The notes under the pieces are model-generated. The model saw only the letters and a program-made list of their open reading frames with translations, did not search any database and was not told where the DNA came from. A stretch of DNA of 64,000 nt, taken from contig CAXRHT010000002.1 of the NCBI GenBank assembly GCA_964230645.1, positions 1,728,001 through 1,792,000 on the forward strand, written 5' to 3'. Of the stretch, positions 28,493-37,693 are shown in pieces. This DNA is from Bdellovibrionales bacterium. GTDB taxonomy: Bacteria; Bdellovibrionota; Bdellovibrionia; Bdellovibrionales; JAGQZY01. The number at the start of each line of letters is the position of its first letter. Within the stretch, counting starts at the first letter, position 1. Position numbers and translations under genes: made by a program.

Positions 28493-28633
28493 AATTTCCT
28501 CCTTATAAAAGTATTACTAATAACCCAGTATTCTACACCCCTAAGCCCTTGAAAAGAAACATCCTTTTATGGCCTCAAGCGAAATGACGGGTCCAGTCGT
28601 TTTTTTGATAATTCTAGCATGAGGAGTTGTGTC

Positions 28634-29296
28634 ATGAAACTAATAGCCCTACTTATTCTTCTTCCTTCTTTCTCAATGGCAGGATTAAAGTTCCCATCGG
28701 ACCGTCTGAAAGTAATGGATATCGAAACGCTACAAAGAATTGTCGCTTCCAATCTGAATAAAGCCCAGCAAGCTGTCGCTCAAAATATTGATATTGAGTC
28801 GGAAGGTCAGTTCACAGACGATAGTCCAGCCAGCGAGTACACTCAGGACGAAGGGGCTCGTTTTATTAAAGAGTCTTTAGAATTAATTTTCGCGCGCCCC
28901 GAGCAAACTCAAGCCACCTCTGTTATTTATAGCAATGTTGAAGGTGTGGCGGTGGACTACGGTGGTATTTATCAGTTTCTCGAAACGATTGTCGCTGAGG
29001 CTCTGGAAACTCTCGATCAGGATGGAAAAGACAAAGCCCTTTTAAGAGATCAAAACACATACGTCTATATACTAAACAATATGATGGCTGAGCTAAAACC
29101 ACTGGCTCTTTCTAAAGAGGGGACTAAGTACAAGCAGATGTTCGAGCGCATTCGCGATGAAGACATCGAGTTCTCTGACTCCCTAAAGTCCTATAGAATC
29201 CTTAACAGCATGTCCAATATCGCAAATCCCTCAAAAGTGGCCGAGACCATCGTCGGGGAAAAAGACTGCTCGTGGTGGGAATTCCTCTGGTGCTAA
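28634..29296 (+). CDS. Secreted helical hypothetical protein
   Basis: Signal peptide MKLIALLILLPSFSMA; GAGGAG RBS. Confidence 0.7.
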   Translation: MKLIALLILLPSFSMAGLKFPSDRLKVMDIETLQRIVASNLNKAQQAVAQNIDIESEGQFTDDSPASEYTQDEGARFIKESLELIFARPEQTQATSVIYSNVEGVAVDYGGIYQFLETIVAEALETLDQDGKDKALLRDQNTYVYILNNMMAELKPLALSKEGTKYKQMFERIRDEDIEFSDSLKSYRILNSMSNIANPSKVAETIVGEKDCSWWEFLWC

Positions 29297-29546
29297 TAAT
29301 TCCGGCCCCAAAAGGCCGAGGCCCTTTTTATTTCGGGCGATAGAGTTCGCCCCTAATTTTTTAATTATCTACGAAACTCAAAAGTCCAGTCTGCCTGTCT
29401 TGATAACACCATTTCGAACACAAGACCTTTCTCCTTCATACTTCATGCCTGAACCAAGCACCCTTCTATATTCTCAGTTTAGTACGATGTTCTTTGTATG
29501 ATCTTATCTTTTTCACTATACAGGAGGAAAAGGAGTCATTCGGAGT

Positions 29547-29573
29547 TAAAAACTTTCAGCAATTTGCCGAATA
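29547..29573 (+). promoter_or_regulatory. Putative sigma28/FliA promoter TAAA-N15-GCCGAATA
   Basis: Near-consensus boxes, ending 7 nt before ATG 29581. Confidence 0.6.
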
Positions 29574-29580
29574 ATAGCTT

Positions 29581-30069
29581 ATGGCGCGTAAAAGCAAATC
29601 AGAAACCCTCTCATTTCTTCGGCTGGTCTCAGTGACCTTGCTGGTTTTGGGTGTGCTAACAGCGCTGAATACCGTCATCATTCTCAATAATTTGGGAACA
29701 GAAATTCTCACTCCCCTGAAACGCAATATCGCCAGTGTCGCCGAGAAAAAGAAGAATGAAGATCTTTTTGCTCCCGCCATCACACTGCGCTGGAACTGCA
29801 AAAAGCAAAATAAATTGGAACCGCACATCACGAACGCTGATCAGGTTCGCTTAGAATTTTATGAATGTGAAAAACCAGAGCGCCCCATCAACCAGGCCAA
29901 CAATAGTCAGGCCGACCTCTTTCCGATCAATAAAAACTCTTGGACTAGCGATTTCCTTCCTCTCTCACCTGGGAAAAATAAGATTGCTTTTAAAGTAGGC
30001 AAAAAATCTCAAGTTATTGAAATTACGAGGGATACCCCAAGCCCTCAAGTCGCCGATAAAGCACTTTGA
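29581..30069 (+). CDS. Membrane-anchored hypothetical protein with C-terminal Ig-like beta domain
   Basis: N-terminal TM helix, RNIAS linker, L.PG.N.I motif. Confidence 0.65.
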   Translation: MARKSKSETLSFLRLVSVTLLVLGVLTALNTVIILNNLGTEILTPLKRNIASVAEKKKNEDLFAPAITLRWNCKKQNKLEPHITNADQVRLEFYECEKPERPINQANNSQADLFPINKNSWTSDFLPLSPGKNKIAFKVGKKSQVIEITRDTPSPQVADKAL

Positions 30070-30100
30070 TTCACCCTATAAACAGTGATAAACACCTAAA

Positions 30101-30736
30101 ATGTCGAATTTTTTTAAAAGTCGAAGGGATTTGCATCTGCAAAGAAAACTCTTCCACTTTCTCACCATTCTTACCATCACTTACCTAATGGTGGTTCTTG
30201 AGCCCAAGCAGTGCTGGATGCTCTATTGGTTTGTCGGCTTTCCCATTTTTCTAATGGACCTTCTTCGCACCTATTCCCATCGCTGGAATAAGTTTTGTCT
30301 TAAAGTCATTGGCCCTGTCATTCGCGCCCAAGAGGTCTCAAAACTCTCTGGATCCTCATGGGCTTTTGTGGGCATTGGCATCACGTATTTTATCTTCCCC
30401 CCGCTCATTGCTCAGCTAGCCACTCTTTTTCTCGCTGTGGGCGACCCTATAGCCAGCTTCTTTGGAGTTCTATACGGAAAATTTAAAATTCTTGGACAAA
30501 AGAGTTTAATTGGAACTATAGCGGCCTTTGTGGCCTGCTTCATCTGTGCTCTTATCTTTTTTAATGCCGTTCACCCCACCGACCTCACATTGGGTCAAAA
30601 ATTCGTCCTTATATCCCTTGCAGCGGCCATAGGAGCTCTCACCGAGCTTATTCCCCTGGGGCGCTTAGACGATAACCTCACTCAACCTTTGATGAGTGGT
30701 GTGTTACTTTTCCTTCTTATGGGAGTGTTTCAATGA
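30101..30736 (+). CDS. Diacylglycerol/polyprenol (phytol/dolichol) kinase family, CTP-dependent
   Basis: RKLFH, GDP.AS..G, KS..GT, DDNL..P. Confidence 0.9.
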   Translation: MSNFFKSRRDLHLQRKLFHFLTILTITYLMVVLEPKQCWMLYWFVGFPIFLMDLLRTYSHRWNKFCLKVIGPVIRAQEVSKLSGSSWAFVGIGITYFIFPPLIAQLATLFLAVGDPIASFFGVLYGKFKILGQKSLIGTIAAFVACFICALIFFNAVHPTDLTLGQKFVLISLAAAIGALTELIPLGRLDDNLTQPLMSGVLLFLLMGVFQ

Positions 30737-31497
30737 ATCAACCTTTAAAAAAGGCTCGAGAGAAAATTAAAGAAACGGGAGCTTCTCATATCTATGTACT
30801 CCCCAATCTCTTAACGACGACCAATATGTTTTTTGGCTTCATGTCTATTATTTTTGCGATCCGAGGAGAGTACACCTTTGGCTCTTACGCCATTGTGGCT
30901 GCAGCCGTTTTTGACCTCCTCGACGGGCGTGTCGCAAGACTCACTGATACCACCAGCCAATTTGGTGCGGAATACGACTCTCTTTGTGATCTCGTAAGCT
31001 TCGGAATGGCTCCGGCTCTTATTATGTATTTATGGGCTCTGCAACCTTTTGGACGCGTGGGCTGGTTGGCCTGCTTCGTCTTTGTCGCCTGCGGTGCCTT
31101 GAGGCTCGCTCGGTTTAACGTGCAACAAGCCGACGAAAAAACCCATTTTCAAGGGCTCCCCATTCCTATGGCCGCTGGTATCGTCGCCTCCTCGGTCCTA
31201 TGTTTTAAAGACCTTGAAGTGGACCCCAGCCGCAACTGGCTCCTTCTCTTTATGACTTTTATGCTTGGGATTACCATGGTCAGCCAATTTCGTTATAAAA
31301 GTTTCAAAGACGTGAACTTAAAACAGAAACAGCCTTTCACTTACCTTGTTGTTGGTGTAATGGTGATTATCTTTGTGGCCTATCGGCCCGAAGTTATGCT
31401 CTTTGCATTGTTTTTCTCGTATGCTTTGTTGGGAGCGGCTTTAGGCTTGTTCCACAAAACCAAAGAAAAACGACAAGCAAAGAGGGAAAATATATGA
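30733..31497 (+). CDS. pssA: CDP-diacylglycerol--serine O-phosphatidyltransferase
   Basis: LPNLLT..N, DGRVAR......G...DSL.D.VSFG.AP, RLARFN, FQGLPIP. Confidence 0.95.
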   Translation: MNQPLKKAREKIKETGASHIYVLPNLLTTTNMFFGFMSIIFAIRGEYTFGSYAIVAAAVFDLLDGRVARLTDTTSQFGAEYDSLCDLVSFGMAPALIMYLWALQPFGRVGWLACFVFVACGALRLARFNVQQADEKTHFQGLPIPMAAGIVASSVLCFKDLEVDPSRNWLLLFMTFMLGITMVSQFRYKSFKDVNLKQKQPFTYLVVGVMVIIFVAYRPEVMLFALFFSYALLGAALGLFHKTKEKRQAKRENI

Positions 31498-32516
31498 GTC
31501 GGGAATTATCAGTCGGTATTGTCGGAGCCACAGGGCTCGTGGGTGAAACCTTTAGAAACCTCCTTGAAAAATCAGATCATTCTTTTAAAGAGCTTCGTCT
31601 TTTTGCTAGCGAGCGCTCAGAGGGTCTAAAGATTCCTTTTGCAGGTAAAGAGTATGAGTGCCAGGTTCTTTCAGAAAACTGCTTCAAAGGTCTTGATGTC
31701 GTATTTTTCTCCTCAGGTGATCCCATCAGTAAAGAATGGGCCCCAAAAGCAGCGGAGCAAGGAGCTATTGCTGTCGACAATTCGGCAGCCTATAGAATGG
31801 ATGAAAACACACCTCTTGTGGTTCCTGAAATCAATTTTTCTCAAATCAATGAGCCCACAAAACCGCGGGTTATTGCCAATCCCAATTGCTCCACCATCCA
31901 ATTGGTGATGCTTCTTGAAGCTCTTAAAAAATTCTCGTTAAAAGAAGTGCGAGTGGCCAGTTATCAATCTGTGAGTGGTGCTGGTAAAGAAGGGATGGAA
32001 GATCTTAAAAACCAAACCGAAGATCTTTTGGAGGGCAAAGAGCCAAGAGAAGGCCTTAATTTCAACCCTCCCATTGCTTTTGAATGCCAACCTAAAATTG
32101 GCTCTTACAATGATGACGGCTTTTGCTCAGAAGAAATGAAAATCATGAAAGAAACCAAAAAAATTCTTTCCATGCCTGAGCTTAAAGTTTCAGCTTTCAC
32201 AGTTCGAGTTCCTACCCTTAATGGTCACGGTGAAGCCGTATGGATTACCTTTGATAAAGAGGTTTCAAAAGAGGAAATCGAGTCCACTCTTTCCGAGTGC
32301 CCTTTTATCGATTACCTCCCCATGGGTGGAGACAAAAGCTTTCATAGCTACAAAGAGGTCACAGGGCATTCCAATGCTTTTGTCTCAAGATTGAGAAAAG
32401 ACTTGGATTTTGAAAACACATGGATGATGTGGCTTGTGGCCGATAATCTATACCGAGGAGCCGCTTCCAACGGCCTTCTAATCGCTGAAAAGATTTTCGA
32501 GCAATTGAAAAATTAA
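31494..32516 (+). CDS. asd: Aspartate-semialdehyde dehydrogenase
   Basis: GATGLVG, NPNCST, YQSVSGAG, RVP...GH, DNL.RGAA.N. Confidence 0.95.
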   Translation: MSRELSVGIVGATGLVGETFRNLLEKSDHSFKELRLFASERSEGLKIPFAGKEYECQVLSENCFKGLDVVFFSSGDPISKEWAPKAAEQGAIAVDNSAAYRMDENTPLVVPEINFSQINEPTKPRVIANPNCSTIQLVMLLEALKKFSLKEVRVASYQSVSGAGKEGMEDLKNQTEDLLEGKEPREGLNFNPPIAFECQPKIGSYNDDGFCSEEMKIMKETKKILSMPELKVSAFTVRVPTLNGHGEAVWITFDKEVSKEEIESTLSECPFIDYLPMGGDKSFHSYKEVTGHSNAFVSRLRKDLDFENTWMMWLVADNLYRGAASNGLLIAEKIFEQLKN

Positions 32517-32634
32517 TAAACGCTTAAAGTGGATGGGAACCTAGGCCTCCCACCACTTCAACACCAGTCGAAAATTTAAGCACTTCTGTTATTAACAAGT
32601 TGAAAGCTACCCTGAGGCATGCCAGACTTTGGTT

Positions 32635-34113
32635 ATGAGCTCGAGTCTGCGCAGTATCGTCTTTGTTTTTATTCTTTTTTCTTTTTCATCAGCTTTATCG
32701 GCTGTGCAGATTATTAATTTTTCTGCTCAAACCTACTCGAGAGCCGATGGCCCCTTTTTCGGAAACCAAAATGCCACCATTCACACGATTTACGGTGGAC
32801 TCTCTGGAACGTGCGACACAAAAGTTCCTAATTCCGTTTGTAATAGCTGTGTGACCGACAGCCCTGATCCGACCGCGCCCTGCAACTCACGTCGAGTCCA
32901 TGAAACTCTCCGTTTTGGAATTTCCATTCAGTCCGATCAACGAGGCCAAGTTATGGTCACAAATGATCTTGATGATGCCCAAGACCCTTTGGACTTCTAC
33001 GTTAACGGTATACTTAATAACGAACAAATCTTCGAACCCAACACCACCGTTCTTGTCGAAGTACCCTGGGGCGAAATTTGTGGTGACATTGTTGGTGGTT
33101 TAACTTCTCAATGCAATTTAGAAGACGGCGGCTCCATCGAAGCGGGTAATATTCGAATCGGTATCAACAACATTCCTCAAGGTACACCTGGAGGTATTGG
33201 TGGAGGTATCGGTGGTGGAGGTGGGTCCGGTGACAACCAGCTAACTTCCGGAGAGTTTGTTGAATTAAGAATAGTAATGGGATTAATGCCTGAGGGACAG
33301 ACCACTTTATGTATGGACGATGGAGGAGGCACTCCCACGGGAGCTTGTAACTTTATTGCTTACCCAGGTGACAAAAAGATTTTCCTCGAAGAAGTGTATG
33401 CGGACTGTAATTTCCCTGGCATTCAAGATAGCGATGCCTCAGTGGTCTCCATTCGAGTTTATCACTCAGACTCACTTCCCTATCCTAACATCAACTCCCC
33501 TGATTTTTCTGACATTCAAGTGCGCCTTAATGCTCCTTCTGCCTGTAATAATGGCGTTAAATTGGTCAACTTAGTGGACCCCATAGTTGAAGGTCTTACC
33601 AATGATACACCTCACTACTTTGCGATTGGTTTAGTCGACGAAACCACGAATGTAGGATTTGTAACCGATATGTCGGCTGGCAGCGATGATCAGAACGATC
33701 AATCCCTTTGCTACGAAGGGGCTGATTCTGATTGGCCTCAAAATTGTCATCGAGCTGTTCCCGCTGAAGTCATCGGACTTATACAGGATGAATTCGATTG
33801 TTTTATCACCACAGCCACCTATGGCTCCCCTTTTCGTCCAAAGGTGGAAGACTTCAGAAATTTTAGAAATCGTTTTCTTAAAAGCAATTGGATGGGACGA
33901 ATAGTGATTCAGTTCTACTATGACAACAGTCCTTCTATTGCAGCCTGGATCAGAAACCATCCGCGCTCAAAACCTTTGGTGCGCGCACTGCTTTATCCGT
34001 TTTGGCTTTTTGCAAAAATCACTCTACTTTGGCCTCTTGCCACAATAAGCTTTCTAATTTTGAGTTTTCTAAGCCTATTAGCCTTAGCCATCCGTAAGAG
34101 GATTTTCCTATGA
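32635..34113 (+). CDS. Secreted Cys-rich protein with C-terminal CFI-box-CTERM sorting domain
   Basis: Signal peptide; CFITTATYGS...FRNRFL...G...FYY..SP..A..I...R..L.P followed by TM helix and RKR. Confidence 0.85.
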   Translation: MSSSLRSIVFVFILFSFSSALSAVQIINFSAQTYSRADGPFFGNQNATIHTIYGGLSGTCDTKVPNSVCNSCVTDSPDPTAPCNSRRVHETLRFGISIQSDQRGQVMVTNDLDDAQDPLDFYVNGILNNEQIFEPNTTVLVEVPWGEICGDIVGGLTSQCNLEDGGSIEAGNIRIGINNIPQGTPGGIGGGIGGGGGSGDNQLTSGEFVELRIVMGLMPEGQTTLCMDDGGGTPTGACNFIAYPGDKKIFLEEVYADCNFPGIQDSDASVVSIRVYHSDSLPYPNINSPDFSDIQVRLNAPSACNNGVKLVNLVDPIVEGLTNDTPHYFAIGLVDETTNVGFVTDMSAGSDDQNDQSLCYEGADSDWPQNCHRAVPAEVIGLIQDEFDCFITTATYGSPFRPKVEDFRNFRNRFLKSNWMGRIVIQFYYDNSPSIAAWIRNHPRSKPLVRALLYPFWLFAKITLLWPLATISFLILSFLSLLALAIRKRIFL

Positions 34114-35129
34114 TAAAGGCACTTGGCTTTTTAATTCTATTCTCGACTCAGGTTTTTGCTCAAACCCCTCCCCCACGAGAGTACCCCTATCCGCCAGCAA
34201 AAACCAACGAAGACCTAGGATTGGAAAAACCAAAAAGAGTGGATCAAGACGGAGCCTACTACTACGAGACCGAATCCGAAAAATCCTCTCCTAAACCTTA
34301 TGAGGGAATCGAACAACCCTACAGGATTGGTGAGGATGGCGCTTATTATTATAATGAGGATAAGAAAACACCTTCGAACAAACCTTATAAAGGTGTGGAA
34401 CAACCGATCGAACAAGAAGATGACGGAAGTTACTACTATTCTGAAGACGATGAACCAGAAAAGCCTACAGTGACGTACGGACCGAAACCCTCAAAAGTTA
34501 AAGATGATGGCAGCTACATTTATGATCTCGACATCGAGGCCACAACCAACACACTTTCTATACGAGCGGGAATCTATGGTCCTCCAAAAATTGAGCCTGT
34601 TTCTGAAAGTGGCGAAAACTATGAGTCTGTGTATGGTGATAGTAGTGAATTTGTATTTGCTCTTGATTACGACTGGAAACTCTTCAACCAAGTCTACATA
34701 AAGTTCGGAACGGGAATATCATCGTCTCAAGGTAAAGGTCAGTTTGCCGGTGGTGCCAACGATGGTATTGAACCCAAAGAGAACTTTCAATTTTATGTTT
34801 TCCCCACAACACTCTCACTGGCTTACAAATTTCAGCTTTGGGACCTTCAGTACCTTACTCCCTACATTGAAGGGGGCGTGGGTTATTTCGGATTTATGGA
34901 AACGCGCTCTGATGGTGACAACACCAAGTTTGGGGGCGCTCCTGTGCTTTCGGCAACCGGAGGTCTTCTCATCTCTCTTACTCAGTTTCAAGAGGGCACA
35001 ACCATGTACACCGAATACGGTATCTCCCAAACCTGGTTTGATTTGCAGTTCAAACAAATCCTTGGCCTTGATGCTAGAAAAGATTTTACCTCTAATATGA
35101 TCACTGGTGGATTTGCCGTCGGCTTTTAA
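34110..35129 (+). CDS. Outer-membrane beta-barrel protein with N-terminal tandem DGxYYY repeats
   Basis: Signal peptide, alternating aromatic beta strands, PY..GGVG, C-terminal Phe (GFAVGF); ATGA overlap with upstream gene. Confidence 0.8.
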   Translation: MIKALGFLILFSTQVFAQTPPPREYPYPPAKTNEDLGLEKPKRVDQDGAYYYETESEKSSPKPYEGIEQPYRIGEDGAYYYNEDKKTPSNKPYKGVEQPIEQEDDGSYYYSEDDEPEKPTVTYGPKPSKVKDDGSYIYDLDIEATTNTLSIRAGIYGPPKIEPVSESGENYESVYGDSSEFVFALDYDWKLFNQVYIKFGTGISSSQGKGQFAGGANDGIEPKENFQFYVFPTTLSLAYKFQLWDLQYLTPYIEGGVGYFGFMETRSDGDNTKFGGAPVLSATGGLLISLTQFQEGTTMYTEYGISQTWFDLQFKQILGLDARKDFTSNMITGGFAVGF

Positions 35130-35806
35130 TCATCGTCATCAAGACTTCCACCCGACCCTCCTGCCGGTCTGGTTTCATCAAGACATAAAGATAGCTCTGC
35201 ATTTCCATCGTTAAATTCACAGGCCAATTCTTGGCCCGTCTGATCATCAACGGCGTGAAAAAGAAGGCGTGTTTTAAACTGGCGATCTTCCCGAGAACCA
35301 AACTCAAAAGGTGTGTAGGAATAGGTAAAAAATATTTGGCGACAGTTTCCGATCTCCTCTTCTTTTGAGGCTTCTAGTAGTAGCTCTAATAAAAGGTCTT
35401 CATAGTAGCGGGTTTCCATTTTATCTTTTAAGTAGCCATCTTTTGCAGCGATCGCTAAGGATTGGTGCCAAGCCTGCTGAGCGCTCGCTTTGATAATATT
35501 TTTTATGGTGGGATCTTCAATATCCTCTACTCGAATTGGTAGAACCACTTGATTCTGTCTTTTTTCTTTAAAATAGAGCCACAGCTCTCGGTACTCACTA
35601 GCTTGTGGATTAAGTACCAATGTCTCTGAGACCGCGACAGAATTGTCAGTGCAAAAGGACGCCACTGTCACATTCACCGGCTCTCTCGAATTGGTTTTAT
35701 TGGCCACTTCTTCAAACCAACCGCATGAGGGGACAATGAGGGGCACTAGAAGAATAAAAGCCAAAGAGTAATGCCGTATATCTTTCCATTGTGCCCTTAA
35801 AAACAT
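35126..35806 (-). CDS. Hypothetical lipoprotein
   Basis: Hydrophobic stretch followed by VPSC; AGGAGA RBS. Confidence 0.65.
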   Translation of the reverse strand: MFLRAQWKDIRHYSLAFILLVPLIVPSCGWFEEVANKTNSREPVNVTVASFCTDNSVAVSETLVLNPQASEYRELWLYFKEKRQNQVVLPIRVEDIEDPTIKNIIKASAQQAWHQSLAIAAKDGYLKDKMETRYYEDLLLELLLEASKEEEIGNCRQIFFTYSYTPFEFGSREDRQFKTRLLFHAVDDQTGQELACEFNDGNAELSLCLDETRPAGGSGGSLDDDD

Positions 35807-35938
35807 GAATTCTCCTTTTTAGATATTTCAAGAGTGCAAATCAGAGACCAGCCTAAAAAAAAGAGAAGGAATGGGGCAAAAGAGGCTCAAGCCAATTACT
35901 CCTTCCTTACAAGAAAGTTAAATGTCATAAATGAGGCG

Positions 35939-36736
35939 ATGATTAAGAAAGTGGATGGAACTAAATATAGATACAGGATTTGTGTGTCCTACGACGGTAC
36001 CGATTATCTCGGCTGGCAAAAGCAGCCCCAATCGGAAATGACCATCCAAGGCCAGATCGAAAGGGTTTTAATTAAGCTTTACGGTCAAAGAATTCCTGTG
36101 ATTGGCTCAGGCCGCACAGATCGCGGTGTGCACGCTCTTAATCAGTGGGCGCACTTTGATTTAGAAAGTGATCAAGATGTTGGTGAGCTGGCTTACAAGC
36201 TTCAGAAAATGACTCCAGACACATTGAGCATCAAACGCTTTGAATACGCCCCTCCCGAGTTCCATGCACAAATATCGGCGGAATCAAAATGTTATAAATA
36301 CCTAATATCTCTAGAGAAACCCGCAAACCCTTTCTTCCAGCGCTACTCCTGGTCGATTAAAAACCCTATAGATTTCGAGAACTTGCAGAAATTGGCTGCT
36401 GTTTTTCTAGGCGAACATGATTTTACCAGTTTTCAGTCTCAAGGAACCCCTGTGAGCACTCCGGTAAGAAAGATTTTTCATAGCCAGTGGAAAATTTCAA
36501 AGTCGGGAAGGCTTGAATATCAGGTGCGAGGCAGTGGTTTTTTAAAACAAATGGTTAGAAATATGGTGGGAACGATGATAAAACTTGAGCAAAATCAAGG
36601 GTCTACTGATGAGCTCAAAGCCATATTGGAAGCCACTGACAGGGGGGAAGCGGCCGCTCCCGCCCCCTCTCACGGCCTTTATCTTTGCTCCGTTCAATAT
36701 CCCAAGACCCTTGACAATAAGTGCCGAAAATTATAA
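35939..36736 (+). CDS. truA: tRNA pseudouridine(38-40) synthase TruA
   Basis: YDGT...GWQ.Q, GRTD.GVHA, GFL..MVR, AP..GL.L..V.Y. Confidence 0.96.
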   Translation: MIKKVDGTKYRYRICVSYDGTDYLGWQKQPQSEMTIQGQIERVLIKLYGQRIPVIGSGRTDRGVHALNQWAHFDLESDQDVGELAYKLQKMTPDTLSIKRFEYAPPEFHAQISAESKCYKYLISLEKPANPFFQRYSWSIKNPIDFENLQKLAAVFLGEHDFTSFQSQGTPVSTPVRKIFHSQWKISKSGRLEYQVRGSGFLKQMVRNMVGTMIKLEQNQGSTDELKAILEATDRGEAAAPAPSHGLYLCSVQYPKTLDNKCRKL

Positions 36737-36771
36737 AGATTTTCATTCTTAAATTTACCAAGGTTGAGATC

Positions 36772-37203
36772 ATGAAAACGTGGAATGCAAAAACTGAAGA
36801 TTTTGAAAATAATCGTAATTGGTACCTTGTGGACGCCCAAGGACAGAGTGTTGGACGCCTTGCTAGCCGAATCGCAATGGTTTTGTCTGGAAAATCAAAG
36901 CCCACATACACTCCTCATGTTGACACAGGTGACATGGTGGTTGTGATTAACGCTGATAAGGTTACAATGACTGGAAACAAATGGTGGGACAAAAAGTACT
37001 TTCGTCGTTCCCGTTTTTTTGGTTCCCTAAAGGAAACCACTGCCAGAGAGATGCTGGAAAAAGACCCTACTTTTATTTTAAAGGATGCTGTTCAAGGAAT
37101 GCTTCCTAAAACGAAGTTGGGCAACAAAATGTTAACGAAACTTAAGCTTTATGCTGGGGCGGAACACCCTCATCAAGCTCAGAACCCTCAGACCCTACAG
37201 TAA
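36772..37203 (+). CDS. rplM: 50S ribosomal protein L13
   Basis: WYLVDA, GRLAS, KP.YTPHVDTGD, GMLPK, HPHQAQ. Confidence 0.98.
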   Translation: MKTWNAKTEDFENNRNWYLVDAQGQSVGRLASRIAMVLSGKSKPTYTPHVDTGDMVVVINADKVTMTGNKWWDKKYFRRSRFFGSLKETTAREMLEKDPTFILKDAVQGMLPKTKLGNKMLTKLKLYAGAEHPHQAQNPQTLQ

Positions 37204-37224
37204 TAAGGTTAAGGAGATTATTGA

Positions 37225-37620
37225 ATGGCTGCTGCTACAGTATTTTACGCAACCGGAAGAAGAAAAACCAGTACAGCGCGTGTATTCCTCACACCCGGAT
37301 CTGGAAAAGTCACTATCAACGGTAAAGAGATGGAAACCTACATGAAGCGTCCATCTTCTAAAGCCCATATGAACTTTCCGTTGGAGCTTACTTCTCAAAA
37401 AGGAAAACTTGATATCACAGTCACTGTCCGCGGTGGTGGTGAGTCTGGACAAGCCGGAGCGATTCGCCACGGAATTTCCAGAGCTTTAACTCAGTTTGAC
37501 GAGTCTTTAAAAGACAGCCTTAAAAAGGCCGGCCTTCTTACTCGTGACTCTCGTATGGTTGAGCGTAAAAAATACGGTCTCAAAAAGGCGAGAAAAGCGA
37601 CTCAGTTCTCTAAACGTTAA
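37225..37620 (+). CDS. rpsI: 30S ribosomal protein S9
   Basis: TGRRK, GGG.SGQAGA, RD.R.VERKK, QFSKR. Confidence 0.98.
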   Translation: MAAATVFYATGRRKTSTARVFLTPGSGKVTINGKEMETYMKRPSSKAHMNFPLELTSQKGKLDITVTVRGGGESGQAGAIRHGISRALTQFDESLKDSLKKAGLLTRDSRMVERKKYGLKKARKATQFSKR

Positions 37621-37647
37621 TCCGTTTATTTTTCTTGAGCTTTTTCC

Positions 37648-37680
37648 AAAAGTCGTTTTCAATTGAAAACGACTTTTTTA
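37648..37680 (+). terminator. Terminator hairpin after rpsI
   Basis: Perfect palindrome AAAAGTCGTTTTCAATTGAAAACGACTTTT followed by TTA. Confidence 0.75.
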
Positions 37681-37693
37681 TTTTGGAGATCCC

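Noticed and set aside
29297..29546. Two hairpins plus about 200 nt of non-coding sequence as an ncRNA
   Set aside because: The hairpins fit terminators of the upstream gene; no recognisable RNA family motif
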